The notes beneath the pieces were generated by a model that saw only the letters and a program-made list of their open reading frames with translations, had not been told where the DNA came from and ran no database searches. A DNA stretch of 63,312 bases, the filler included, from Octopus bimaculoides (lineage: Eukaryota): the NCBI RefSeq assembly GCF_001194135.2. It is 4 parts of 3 records of this genome, joined end to end, with 100 filler letters (N's around TTAATTAATTAA, not from the genome) between each part and the next. Parts side by side here need not be neighbours in the genome. Positions count along the whole stretch, not along the records: positions 1 to 21,579 come from NC_068981.1; 3 more parts are not named here. One strand, 5' to 3'. Each line of letters starts with the position of its first letter. Position 1 is the stretch's first letter. This document shows, one piece after another, positions 1-13,107 of the stretch. A program made the position numbers and the translations under genes.

Positions 1-233
1 AAAGATCCCAAACGTTGATTTGTACATTCTGGCACAAGATCACAAATTTACAGGGAATTGAAAAAAATAGTCGATTGATTCTCATTGATCATATTTGTGA
101 TATCGAGTAACTTTAACTTGTTATGACCAAAAAAAAAAAATTTTTTTTCGTTGTTGTCGTTGAAGTGCTAGTCAGTTCTTTATTGTAGTGAGAAACCGAA
201 AGAAGGAAAAAAACTTCATATAATTTTATATGC

Positions 234-727
234 AGGCGCGGGCATGACCGTGTGGTAAGCAGTTTACTTTTCAACCACATAATTCCGGGTTCCATCCCAC
301 TGTGTAGAACTTCGGGCAAGGGCCTTCTACTATAGTCCCCATGCCGACCAAAATCTTGTGAGTGGATTTGGTGAACGGAAACTGAAGAAGCCCGTCGAAT
401 GTGTGTCCGCGCGCGCTTTTGTGTGTATGTACGTACGTACGTACGTATGTATGTATGCATATATGTATATATGTGCTTGTGTTTATCCCACCACCGCTTG
501 ACAAACGGTGTTGGTTTGTTTACGTCTCCAAACTTAGCTGTTTGGCCAAGGAATCCGATAGAATAAGTAGCAGGCTAAAAAAAATAAAAGTAGTGAGGTC
601 GGTTCATTCGAATATAAAATCTCCAAGGCGCTACCCCATTATGGCTGCAGTCCAATGAGTGAAACAAGTGGTGCTCCAGCATGGCTGCAGTCAGATGACT
701 GAAACAAGTAAAAGAATAAAAGAATAA
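234..727 (+). mobile_element. tRNA-headed SINE, family B (with internal microsatellite)
   Basis: Head ...gtgtggtaag...ccgggttccatccc, body gtggatttggt..acggaaactgaagaagcccgtc, tail gactgaaacaagtaaaag; homologous to 7553, 27757, 32265 and 52745. Confidence 0.8.
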
Positions 728-736
728 ATAATAGGT

Positions 737-820
737 GCAGGCGTGGGTGTGTGGTAAGAAGCTTGCTTCCCGAATAACATAGTTCCAGGTTCAGTCCCAC
801 AGCGTGGCACCTTGGGCCCG

Positions 821-854
<34 letters not shown>

Positions 855-1015
855 GAGTTGGTGTGTTTACGTACCATAGCGGTTCGGTAAAAGTTATTGA
901 TAGAACAAGTACTAGGCTTAACCAAAAATTACTGGGACCGTTTCATTTGGCTAAAATTTATTCAAGGCGGTGCCCCAGCATGGCGGCAGTTTAATGAATG
1001 AAATAAAAGATAAAT
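737..1015 (+). mobile_element. SINE family B, internally deleted copy in tandem with the previous one
   Basis: Same head (gtgtgtggtaagaagcttgc...ggttcagtccc) and tail (ccccagcatggc...atgaaataaaag). Confidence 0.7.
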
Positions 1016-1430
1016 AATAGAATAATGGGTCATCATTTTTATGTGAATGCTAATAAATGTCTTTGCTTTTCGTAATATTTTGATTTATATCTAACACAGA
1101 GATTGTCATGAGAACAGCATACCAAATATGAATATTATGATACAAATTTAAAGACAGGGAGTGTGGTCGATTAAATCAACTCCGGCATATAACTAATACT
1201 AATTTATTAACTCTGAAAGAATGGAAGCAAATAATTTATTTTAAGTACAAGGTCATTCTGCCATTACAGAAAAACATGAAACAGAATAATTTTATGCATT
1301 TAGGACGATGGTTGTAATGATAATCTACATGTTTATATGAATTCAATTCGCCAACTTGATTTCGATAAAACTGAATTACATGGGTTGAACTTCGTACATC
1401 GATAAATATTAAAAAATGATCAAAATGTAG

Positions 1431-1484
1431 TCACATTTTACTTCAAAATAGTTCACATTTTACTTCAAAATAGTTCACATTTTA
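1431..1484. repeat. 22-bp tandem repeat (tcacattttacttcaaaatagt) x2.5
   Basis: Read directly from the sequence. Confidence 0.9.
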
Positions 1485-1996
1485 TTTTAATAAATTTATA
1501 AATTTAGCGTTTATATTTTTCTGTTCGTACTTACATAGAATACTATAAAAGTATATAGTATTTTTAACATCAATCAATAAATATCATACAGCGTAGTTGA
1601 ACATTTTAATGTTTTCTGCAGTAAGTTGTGGTTGGTCAATGCTTACGTTAAAGCACTAAAATTCATTTTTATAACAGAAAAAAAAAAAATTAAAATATTA
1701 CACGCCATTGTTAAACACGATCATTTTAATATTTCCATACAGTTAATAGTATTTCCACTCGCCATCTAGTTTATATTGTATTGTGAATATGTGTGCGTTG
1801 TGTTTGAGAAACACTAGTTTTGTTATATTTCTTTATATTGATATTTAATACTTCTATTAACTTTTTAAACAAATACTCATTGATTCTCGATGCGCGCGCG
1901 CACACACACACACTCACACTCTATCTCTCTCTCTCTCAAACACACACAAATTGCAACTTTGAACCAAGTTCGTGTCCAACAATTAATTCTTCTTAC

Positions 1997-2372
1997 TGTT
2001 GTTGTTAGTGGCACTCCGTCGCTTACGACATCGAGGGTTCCAGTTGATCCGATCAACGGAACAGCCTGCTCGTGAAATTAACGTGCAAGTGGCTGATCAC
2101 TCCACAGACACGTATACCCTTAACGTAGTTCTCGGGGATATTCAGCGTGACACAGTGTGACAAGGCTGACCCTTTGAATTACAGGCACAACAGAAACAGG
2201 AAGTAAGAGTGAGAGAAAGTTGTGGTGAAAGAGTACAAAAGGGTTTGCCACCATCCCCTGCCGGAGCCTCGTGGAGCTTTTAGGTGTTTTCGCTCAATAA
2301 ACACTCACAACGCCCGGTCTGGGAATCGAAACCGCGAGTCCACTGCCCTAACCACTGGGCCATTGCGCCTCC
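1997..2372 (-). mobile_element. tRNA-headed SINE, family A (~380 bp)
   Basis: Reverse complement of 29849-30228 and 39419-39801; A box tggcccagtgg, B box ggtttcgattcc, (aac)n tail. Confidence 0.9.
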
Positions 2373-4427
2373 ACTTTTATTACTGTAGACCTTACCTTTC
2401 CTAGGGTGGGAGTTGAGGGTAACAAGGTGCATTCTATGCAGTTTGTATTAATTTTCATGCTTCAGGTTTGTTTGCGTGGAGTATTCTAAGTACGGTAAAG
2501 GTTCATGTAAAATATACTACGTGTAATATTGGATTGTAGGACAAAAGCTCCATAGTTAAAGTGTAAAAGTGGACATAAGCCCCACGGTTATATTTTTCGA
2601 TTATTTTTTTCACCTTTTACCTATTTCGGTCATTAGACTGCAGCTATGCTGGGGCCCCACCTTGAAGAATTTTTAGTTGAACGTATCAACCCGAGAATTT
2701 TTTTTCTCCTTTTTACTTGTTACAGTTATTAGACTGCGGCCATGCTGGGGCACCACCATGAAGAATTTTTAGTCGAATGTATCCACGCTTGAAATTTTTT
2801 TATTTTTACTTGTTTCAGTTATTAGACTGTGTCCATGCTGGGGCACCACCTTGAATAATTTTTTTTTATGATTTTCACTCAGAGCATGAAGTTAAGCCTA
2901 GAAGGTATCTCCACATACTAGAAACAACAGCCAAATCTCTTGAAATGTTTTTATAACCCGCTCGGTTTTTTTTACTTTCTATTTTTTTTTTACTTGTTGT
3001 TTCTGTCATTGGACTGCGGCCATGCTGTGGCCATGCCAGAGACATGTGTAATATTTACTTTCATTCAAACGTACATCTTATTATTTTTATGTTTCTACAC
3101 ATTTCTTGAAGGAAATGCTTTCCCTTTTGTTAGAATTCAGACAATATGTACATTCAGTAGAAAAGAGTCTTGTGTTTTGTTGATCTTAAGGTTGATTGAT
3201 TTTCATTTTCAAACTTTAAAATTATTCTAAAAACGAGGAAACCCACGAGACATACCATTGTGAAGGACATGTTTTGACACCGTTTTTCGATTGAATATGT
3301 TTTGTTTACTCAAAAATTGTAATTTTGAAAAATAATTTTTTTTTTTACAACCGCGATTTCCGTTTTTGTTTACGTGAAATTATTGTAAAAAATTGTAAGA
3401 TTTAGCTGTTATTTCTAGCATGTGGAGAGACCTTCTAGGCTTAACTTTATGTGCTGGTTGAAAATCACCTAAAAATTCTTCAAGGCAGTGCCCCAGTATG
3501 ACCGCAATCCAGTGTAAAAAAGTTTTAGATAGTAGAAAAAAAAACCAAGAATAACCAAAAAATATAACCGTGGGGTGGGGGGCTATGGATCATAAAAAAT
3601 TTCAAGAGATTTGGCTGTTATTTCTAGCATGTCGAGAGACCTAGGCTTAACTTAAAAGTGATAGGAGGCTTTTGACCTAGTGGGCTTTTTTGTCCGAGAA
3701 GCTTTTGTCCTAGTGGGCTTTTGTTCGGACTCCGTAATATTGATTTCACATTTTGGCACAAGGCCAGCAAGTTTGGGGGAGGGGAGCCAGTACTCAACTG
3801 GTACTTATTTTATTGACCCCGGAAGAATGAAAGGTAAAGTCGACTTTGTATAATATTCATCCCAATTTTAGGGCTTAAATTGTCTTAAAAACCTTATATC
3901 ACGATGTGTATTTCGTCTGTGTTCCATAACTACTACATGAGTGGATGTATAATCTATTGCAATCCAGCGATAGAACGTCTATAATATTTACAGAAGATGT
4001 AGGTTCGTCCCTAATGTGCAACTTTCGACGTTTTCTATCCAAAGGGATTTTTAACCTAATAGTTACACGCTGTAATTGATAGCTTTATCTGCTTCGAGTT
4101 TCGCCGTTCCAAAAAAGAATTATTTCATAACCCATTATATTATTATTATTTTTAATATTTCAGTTTATACAGAATATACTTACATACGATTTTAAAGAAA
4201 CTTTAAAAATAAAGCTTTACTACATTATTGTTTTCTTTTTAAAGGGAGCGGAGAAAAGCTTTGCAGTTTAATATCAAGTATTGTATGTACTCCAGACTGT
4301 ATTATTGATTTTAGTGATGGGGGGGGGGTGCGTATCATAAGCATAGACATGGCTGTGTAGTTAGGAGTCACATGACTTCGGGTTCAGTCCCACTATGCGG
4401 TACCTTAGACAAGAGAAAGAATGAGTG

Positions 4428-4464
<37 letters not shown>

Positions 4465-5149
4465 AACAGACAGACAGATGAATAGGCTGGCGAGGAAAAA
4501 GAATAGCTCTGTCGTACATTGTTGATGGATAAAGAAAGGAACATTGTTAAGACTGGTGGTCTTGGTATAAAGCAGTGATTACTCTCTTTTTTTTTTACTC
4601 TTTTACTTGTTTCAGTCATTTGACTGTGGCCATGCTGCAGCTCGCCCTTAGTCGAGCAAATCGACCCCAGGACTTTTTCTTTGGAAGCCTAGAGATCGNN
4701 NNNNNNNNNNNNNNNNNNNNNNNNNNNNNNNNNNNNNNNNNNNNNNNNNNNNNNNNNNNNNNNNNNNNNNNNNNNNNNNNNNNNNNNNNNNNNNNNNNNN
4801 NNNNNNNNNNNNNNNNNNNNNNNNNNNNNNNNNNNNNNNNNNNNNNNNNNNNNNNNNNNNNNNNNNNNNNNNNNNNNNNNNNNNNNNNNNNNNNNNNNNN
4901 NNNNNNNNNNNNNNNNNNNNNNNNNNNNNNNNNNNNNNNNNNNNNNNNNNNNNNNNNNNNNNNNNNNNNNNNNNNNNNNNNNNNNNNNNNNNNNNNNNNN
5001 NNNNNNNNNNNNNNNNNNNNNNNNNNNNNNNNNNNNNNNNNNNNNNNNNNNNNNNNNNNNNNNNNNNNNNNNCATTTTATTTGCCATAAAGGCAGTATAC
5101 AGAGTAGCTACAGGCTGGACAACACATTAATGAATGAAAATGAAATGAC

Positions 5150-6520
5150 ATAAAATGAATAAATGAGAGACGAAACCCAATGCCCGCCGATTGGGTTTTT
5201 CTCGAAAACATTTTCTTTTTTAAAAATCAATCTGAGGTTTCAAACCTCTTACAAAAGGATTCACTAAAACCTCTTACTTAACATGTTTTTTTTAAACACA
5301 AAGTTTTAAACCACTACAAATAATGCAATAAGATGCGGTTTCAAACCCTCTTAACGAGGCTTTTTCACCTCCTATTCATCGATATATCCATCAATATATC
5401 TATCATTATCTTCAGTACCGCTTGAGTTCCCGTACCCCGCCATTTCCCATGCCTCATTCATGTACGATCTATATGTCACGTTAGGGCCAACCGGCCATAT
5501 GCGACAATCCTCTTTAAGTCTTCTAAGCATTTCTCACACGGAAAGCCTTATGACCTCTACAGCTATCTGCGGAGGCCATTCGGGATCCCGTGTGCAGGCC
5601 ATATCTACTGTCTCTTTATGTTCTTCTACTATTTTTTTCCACCTCCCCGTTCTTGTAGAAAAAGATAAGTAATTCTTCATCTTCAGGGCTGGGGGTCGTT
5701 TCTTCCACCGTAGGTGGCACAACTTCGGGACATGCAGACGGCACATCATCGTCCACCTCCAATGACCCATTCTTCTTCTTTCTTTTTTTCCTTTTCTTCC
5801 TGACTTCGGGAGAGTGGAGTTCTTCCGCTTTGTCCGGAGTCTCTCCTCTACCTCCCGAAGCCTTAGNNNNNNNNNNNNNNNNNNNNNNNNNNNNNNNNNN
5901 NNNNNNNNNNNNNNNNNNNNNNNNNNNNNNNNNNNNNNNNNNNNNNNNNNNNNNNNNNNNNNNNNNNNNNNNNNNNNNNNNNNNNNNNNNNNNNNNNNNN
6001 NNNNNNNTTGCGGCCGATGGGGTCCACAGGGTCAAAATCGCTTTTGACCCTTCCCAATCGACCGCCGGCAATACCCTTACATTTAAGAGCCTGGGCCCGC
6101 TATCCCCCAGGCCCCGTCGGATGGTATCTTCAATCCAACCCGCCTCGGTGCCTGGGGGTGATCCACACACCCAGGCTCTTATTAATTTCTTCCCGCAGTA
6201 CGACGGGAGGAACAGAATTTCGTTGCCCTCCAAGGGCTGGCTTGCAAAATTGCGAGCCTCCTCCGGGATGTCAAACAGCAACCATACGGTTGCATGCTTG
6301 ACACCGCGGGATATGTATTTCACAGAGGACAAATAGTCTTTCAGTTCTTTTTCTATAGTTGGTTTTGGGAAGACGGTGATGGTATCAAGAACTTTAGAGT
6401 AAGTTATAACAACTACCGTCCTCTCCTCTATATCTTTGAACCACTGCTTGGGTGGGATAATTTCCCACTCCAAGTCAGGGTACTTCTTTTTTAAGTTTCT
6501 TCTCTACCATACCCCAAAAA
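5150..6520 (-). mobile_element. Degenerate non-LTR retrotransposon ORF1-like element (L1/Tx1-like gag/RRM region, frameshifted, gapped)
   Basis: GC-rich island with a 285-codon minus-strand frame (5616..6473), a basic KKRKKRKKK tract, frameshifts at both ends and a (cattt)-like 3' tail. Family assignment is by pattern only. Confidence 0.4.
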
Positions 6521-7022
6521 GTAGTTCAAAAATGATTACAATAACGAAGTACTGCTTACTTTAAGTTTGCATCTAATTCGCAAGTCATTTAATGGAGAAT
6601 GAAAGGAAACAATATCTTAGTCAAAAAAGTCTTTTCTCAGGAAGATCTTTTGCCATTTGTTTTAAGTTCTAGAATGAAAAGAATGATTTCAGCTATTATG
6701 CCTTATGATGTAAAGCAGTAAGAAAGGAAGAGTGTAACTACGCCAAAAGTGAAATACTCCATCATTCTCAAAACTACCACCGAAGGACGTCCACGAGTGT
6801 AGCAGAAATACTGTCCTGATTTAGATAAGTATTCTGTGTAGAGAGTTAGGATTTGTTCAAAACTGAAGTATGTTTTCTGATCCAAAAGATTATCATTCCC
6901 GGCAATATGTATTAAAACTATTTGTCATTCACATATTTTAAGGTAAAAATATTGTTAAAGATTCTCTTTAAAAAGCGTAGGAGCATCCTCTGGGACGACC
7001 AAGATGAGATAAAAAGCGTATA

Positions 7023-7075
<53 letters not shown>

Positions 7076-7552
7076 GCATACATTGAGTAAATAACTATCT
7101 TCCTTGGTTTCTAGGTAATGATATTCCAGTTGTACAATAAACAGAATTGCTTACTCGATAAATTAAAATATAATCGGTAGAGTACTCATGTTACCCGAGT
7201 AACCTTCACAATGTGACAAGCTGTTACCATTATACTTCATGTTCTAAAGAGGAAAACCATATGTGGCAAAGAGACGAAAATATTAAGCTCAATGACTAAT
7301 ACTATTCTAATTTGATTTGGGTAAATATGGGTGACAACTCCTGACAGGTTTCGGTCTCATTAGACTTCATTGGTCAAGTGTTTCTTCTCTATACTCACGT
7401 TGATGCTGCAAGTAAGTAGACATCAAATATTAGGATATTGACTGAGGGAAATTTCTCAGAGTCGTCATCTATACTTTTCCTCAGTCGGTGTGACAAAGGT
7501 GGCCCTTTGAATTACAGGTACAGTCCATTTCCCATTTTAATTTCACAAAATA

Positions 7553-7947
7553 GGCGTAGGAGTAGCTGTGTGGTAAGAAGCTTGCTAACGAACCACATGG
7601 TTCCGGGTTCAGTCCCACTGCGTAGCACTTTGTGCAAGTGTCTTCTACTATAGCTTCGGGCCGACCAAAGCCTGAGTGGATTTGGTAGACGGAAACTGAA
7701 AGAAGCCCGTCGTATATATATGTGTGTATTTGTTTGTGTGTCTGTGTTTGTCCTCCCAACATCGCTTGACAACCGATGCTGGTGTGGTTACGTCACCGTA
7801 AAATAGCGGTTTGGCAAAAGAGACCGCTAGAATAAGTACTAGGTTTACAAAGAAAAAGTCCTGGGGTCGATTTGCTCGACTCAAGGCAGTGCTCCAGCAT
7901 GGCCACAGTCAAATGACTGAAACAGGTAAAAGAGTAAAAAGAGTAAA
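7553..7947 (+). mobile_element. SINE family B, near full length
   Basis: ggcgtaggagtagctgtgtggtaag...ggttcagtccc... through the aaagagtaaa tail; highly similar to 27757-28152. Confidence 0.9.
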
Positions 7948-9108
7948 CAAGGCATAGTTCGACCCGAGGCTATGATATAAGCGTACCTAAGGTGATATGC
8001 AGTGAGATTGAACACGAAACATCATAATTGCGAGGTAAACATTTTAAATATTTGTCAATCAAAGGCACGCAAGCATATAAGCTGTAGGTGCCAGCGACTT
8101 GAAATTTGGCGCGGATTGTTTGATTGATTTCATTGTTTGTGAAGGGCATGAATGTCACACATTCCACTCACTGCTAATACATAGATGTCAATTAGAGTTC
8201 ATTCATTATCCAAAGAAAGTTTCTCTAATAAATGAATAGTCAAGAAATTGATATTCATTTGAAATATCTGCATGAGATGAAACGTGAGAAATGTTTCTCG
8301 ATTGATAACATAACAAAAACTAGTCCGAGGAAACTTGGTGATATTCTTGTATCGACAAAAATCTTTTAGATGCACGAATTAAAATGAAATAGGTTTTCTG
8401 ATAATACTGAATAAATTAGGTTTGCAAATGAGAGAAAGAAAAGAAGAGAAGGAAGAATATTAGCTGAAGGTAACCAGGCGAAGTAGCTGTTAGTAGGTGG
8501 TTACTGCTTAAAGCGTCGAGGCGAAGAGTGAGTAAGAGATTGCAAGACAAGGTCACTAGAAGTTAGTTAAAAAGTACAACAGATAAAAGTATGAATGGTA
8601 TATAAATATATACATGCATTTCAACACGCACGCACACATTATATATATTCATGCACACACGTGTGTGCATATGTATAGATGTGTATGTACAGATGTATAC
8701 ACACACATATATACAGTGTACATTTAAACACATAAGAGGCATCCATCATAGGATTCCTTGCACGCTAGAAAGAACAGATAAATTCCAAACCACTATTTAG
8801 GATAAAACTTCGAAGTTTTACGCTTGCCCACTGGTAGTAGAAGTTTCTAATATTTCTCATTACCCTTGATATTATTAATTATATATATATATGTATGTAT
8901 GTATANNNNNNNNNNNNNNNNNNNNNNNNNNNNNNNNNNNNNNNNNNNNNNNNNNNNNNNNNNNNNNNNNNNNNNNNNNNNNNNNNNNNNNNNNNNNNNN
9001 NNNNNNNNNNNNNNNNNNNNNNNNNNNNNNNNNNNNNTATATATATGTGTGTGTGTGTGTGTAAGTAATGTAAGTATAGATGTGTATGTAGAGATGTGTA
9101 TGAATAGA

Positions 9109-9153
<45 letters not shown>

Positions 9154-9450
9154 TCACAATATATCAAAATATTCAATTTGAATATGATTTTCAGTCCTCG
9201 GACGTTTTTACGTATGCTGGTCACCAGTTTAAATTGGTATTATTTACCCTTATTATTTAATTTATATATATATGCACATATATCGCTTGCTCACACCCAC
9301 TCAATTTCCCAGCAAGGACAGAATTATATATGTATATACATTTTTCTGTCTCACAGCGACGGCGGGCGATAACGACATTATGTAAACTATATACGTCTGT
9401 GTTTATGTATCTCGTCCAGCTTGTTAACAGAATCCCACTCATCCTTTCAG

Positions 9451-9535
9451 ATACTACTACATATTCATGTACATTACTGTCCCTGTAAATCTTTTATGCG
9501 AGTGTGTATGTTTGTTATTTCCTACAAGTACAAAA
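9451..9535 (+). repeat. 85-nt cassette, copy 1, bounded by tttcag| and |gtaagt
   Basis: Identical to 11019-11103 at 84/85 positions; homology ends ~10-13 nt outside the splice-like signals. Confidence 0.9.
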
Positions 9536-11018
9536 GTAAGTTATATAATGTAGTCACCGATTTTTAAAATAATGGACATGGTTACGTTAGGATCACCTTT
9601 GATGAACACACAAAACACAGACAGATTCGCGCTCGCGCTCACAACCACTCACGCATGCTGCTAATGGGTCGAGCGATCAAACAAAAACATCTCTCTCGCA
9701 CTATTTTACTAGTTCACTCATTATTTATCATTCTTTTCTCGCATTTGTATCCCATCAATTCTCTCTATCTCTTGTTTGCACCGTACAATCGACGTATATG
9801 TAGTGCATTACATTAGCAAGGAAGTATCCTAAGTTGATACGTTAAGATATGTACGTACGTACGTACGTATGTACGTATGTATGTATGTATGTATGTATGT
9901 ATGTATGTATGTATGTATGTATGTATGTATGTATGTGTTTGTGCATATAATATATATATATATATGCATGTAAGTATGTATATATGTGTGCATGTATACA
10001 TGTAGTATGTATAAAAATTCTTGTGCATGTATGTGTAAGTATGTATACGTGTGTATTTACATACGTGTGAATTGCCTGAATTTAATTCTTTCTCTTTTTC
10101 TTTTCTTTTTATGTCAGTGCTGTTGGGTGTACGTGTTTCTATTAATAGCGCCTATATTTGTCTGAAATGCTGTGGCTGAGTGTATCCATTATTTATGTTG
10201 CAATTGATTTGTGAAACGCAGAAAACGTAATTGTTATTTTAAAGCTTCCTGTAACATACACTGGTTTCCTTAAGCCGATTGGCGCTTTTGCGTAAGCCGA
10301 TTGGTACCATTGTGCAAATCGTAATACTTCTTCGGTATTAGTAGCAAAAATTACAGTGTTTGTCGCATGCCTTTATATGCCTCAGTCATGAATATTATGC
10401 GTAATCAAGCTGATCTAGCAGAATAGAGGGTGACAAAGTGAGACAATAGGATTGTTTAAAGAGAGGAAGAATACAGTGTGAAGAGGGCAGTGATGGAGAC
10501 ATACACGCACACACACACACACACACAGACGCATGCACACAAACACACACAAACGCACACAAACACACACATGCGCGCATAAATACATATGAATAGTAGA
10601 GAAAAATGAAGAAAATGAAGAGCCTTGAGTCAAGTAGTAGTAATAATAATGACTGCAGTTCAATGGCATATATTAAAGTACGAAAGATAGTGTACTTCTC
10701 TGTCTTGACATTTTTGTCGTATGTGAGTCCAACAAATTCCTGTTTAATAGACGTGGCATTCAGCTATTACATTTGTAAACAAATGTGTATATCAAAGACA
10801 TTCATAGGTTACTCGGTCAAGGGTATGTACATACACTCATATACGCATTCATTTACACACAGGCAAACTCATTTGCATATATATTCACACATACACACGC
10901 GCGCTTAGTCTACCGAAAACATTAAAAAAACTTATACGTGTATATGCATACACTCTTACATATATGTGCCAACATGCTCACAGGCATGCATGTAGTTTAC
11001 TGACTTCATTCCTTTCAG

Positions 11019-11103
11019 ATACTACTACATATTCATGTACATTACTGTCCCTGTAAAGCTTTTATGCGAGTGTGTATGTTTGTTATTTCCTACAAGTACA
11101 AAA
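11019..11103 (+). repeat. 85-nt cassette, copy 2, bounded by tttcag| and |gtaagt
   Basis: See copy 1; single T/G substitution. Confidence 0.9.
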
Positions 11104-11159
11104 GTAAGTTATATAAACGTGGTCCGTAAATCAGTATCATACACAGCAGGTATTCAGAA

Positions 11160-11375
11160 GGAGTCTAGGACGTTTACTCCCGTGGACAATAACGCCCCCA
11201 CCCCCAGGACAATTACCCCTGAGGACAACAGATGATGATATTTAAAACTTCTTAATATATTGGAGAGGGGGTAATTAACCAAGGGGGAGTAATTGTCCTA
11301 GGAGGTAGTTATCGTCGAGGGAATTGTCCTATGGGGGTGGGTAATTGTCCTATGGGGCAATTGTCTCGATACAAT
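11160..11375. mobile_element. Small palindromic MITE-like element built of ggacaatt / aattgtcc subrepeats
   Basis: Left half carries ggacaat(t)a...cccc units; right half carries the inverted gggg...aattgtcc units. Confidence 0.5.
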
Positions 11376-12151
11376 TCAGAAGTATCCCGAATGTTGTCAT
11401 GTAGCATTCTTTGTGTATCCACTCATACGGGATCAACGTTATTGGTCCAAGCAGTGATGATTTACGAATAGTCGACGTTCAAAATGGTCGGTGCATTAAG
11501 AGATCAGTTGATCGATATGATAAAGTTCGATGAGGACAGTGGTTGTACCTGATGTTCCACAGTATTACCTTTGATATGAGTATATCTATGGTATGCAAAA
11601 TGGAAAAATAGGATGGCAGAAGAGAGATAATGCAGGAATGTGGTAGAGGGAATGTGTCCGTACATACAATATAATACTCAAATAATATATACAAGGAAAC
11701 GGGAACATAGTAGCTAATGCTACGATGTCTGACTACATAGTAGTAGTTGAGTAACTATATGATCATAATTAAGGTTATTGCTAGTCTTATAGTGACGGAA
11801 TGGCCAACTCTACTGTGTGTGCAATAAATCCCTAATTCATTTTTAAAATTTAGTAAATAGCTAATAGAATCTCTAACTCCCCTTTATTACGCAGTCAACA
11901 GAAACGACTCCTGTTCCCGTAAGGTGGAGCATATTCCAACTGATATGTGCAAAAGAGCACATCGGTTTGGGGAAACGCGCGTATATTATATAAAACTTTA
12001 AAATATTTACATTTTTCTGTTTTTCTTATTACTCTATAACTTGATCGAACACCGCGTGTTAGTCTATCCAGTAATATTATTTTCAAATCGCGTGGAATAT
12101 AGGCGTGGAGTATGAAACTACTTACTGAACACACACTTTTTAAACTCTATG

Positions 12152-12182
<31 letters not shown>

Positions 12183-12909
12183 CCTCATTTACTCATTTAT
12201 TTATTTGGTTTGAATTTTCTACATATATAAAGATGTGACCTATATATACGTACATCCTTATAAGGACCTCTGAAATCCGTGCAATCATATGGAGAGAAAT
12301 AGCGAGTGATTCGGGCTAGAGTTTCGCGCTGCATTGCCTTTTACGTTCTTATAATAACTCAAGATGCATACATTATGCTGATTTTGAGCGCGTTTTTTAT
12401 TTCACGCTTAGTTTTATATCTATACTATAACGGAGAGAGCTGGTTATTAATTAGGTGTGTAACAATTACTAAAAGTACTAAAAGAAAGCAATTATTAAAG
12501 AGTTTACCGTTTGCAAATATTTTTACAAATTCATGTTCTAAGAAATTAACTATAATTTCGATTTCTCAAGTTTATTAAATCTTTTTAATTCCAATTTCTC
12601 GCAAATTTAAATAATCACTGCGTCCAATTCATCACAAACTTAAATATTCATTGCATTTACTGCGGAGTATTCTATTTTCATTTGCAAAGTCTCTCACTTA
12701 CTCTTTTAAGTTTTCATTCGCTATTAATGTATACATAATGTAAAAACATTTACTGAATGAAATTTTTTTTAAATACCCGTATAATTTTTGAACGCGGGAT
12801 AGCTGTGGGAAGAGACTAGAAAGTTGGGTAGATGAGGAGAAAAAAAAGAAGTTACTGACAAGTACTCGAAACTTATTCACAGTTTCTAAAAACACAACTT
12901 CAACAGTGA

Positions 12910-12954
<45 letters not shown>

Positions 12955-12998
12955 GCGCGCGCACATAGATACACATACACACAAATGACAGGCAATGA

Positions 12999-13049
<51 letters not shown>

Positions 13050-13053
<4 letters not shown>

Positions 13054-13107
13054 TCACTGACAAAACTTCGTGCTGCATCACTTTTGTCAAGTTTTGTCAG
13101 TGAACAG
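13050..13107. other. 58-nt hairpin, perfect 19-bp stem with 20-nt loop
   Basis: ctgttcactgacaaaactt pairs with aagttttgtcagtgaacag. Confidence 0.9.

Noticed and set aside
7338-7378. Hammerhead-like motif on the minus strand (ccaatga...gaccgaaacctgtc)
   Set aside because: The core is mutated (CCAAUGA or CUAAUGA) and the stems are poor; at most a decayed relic.
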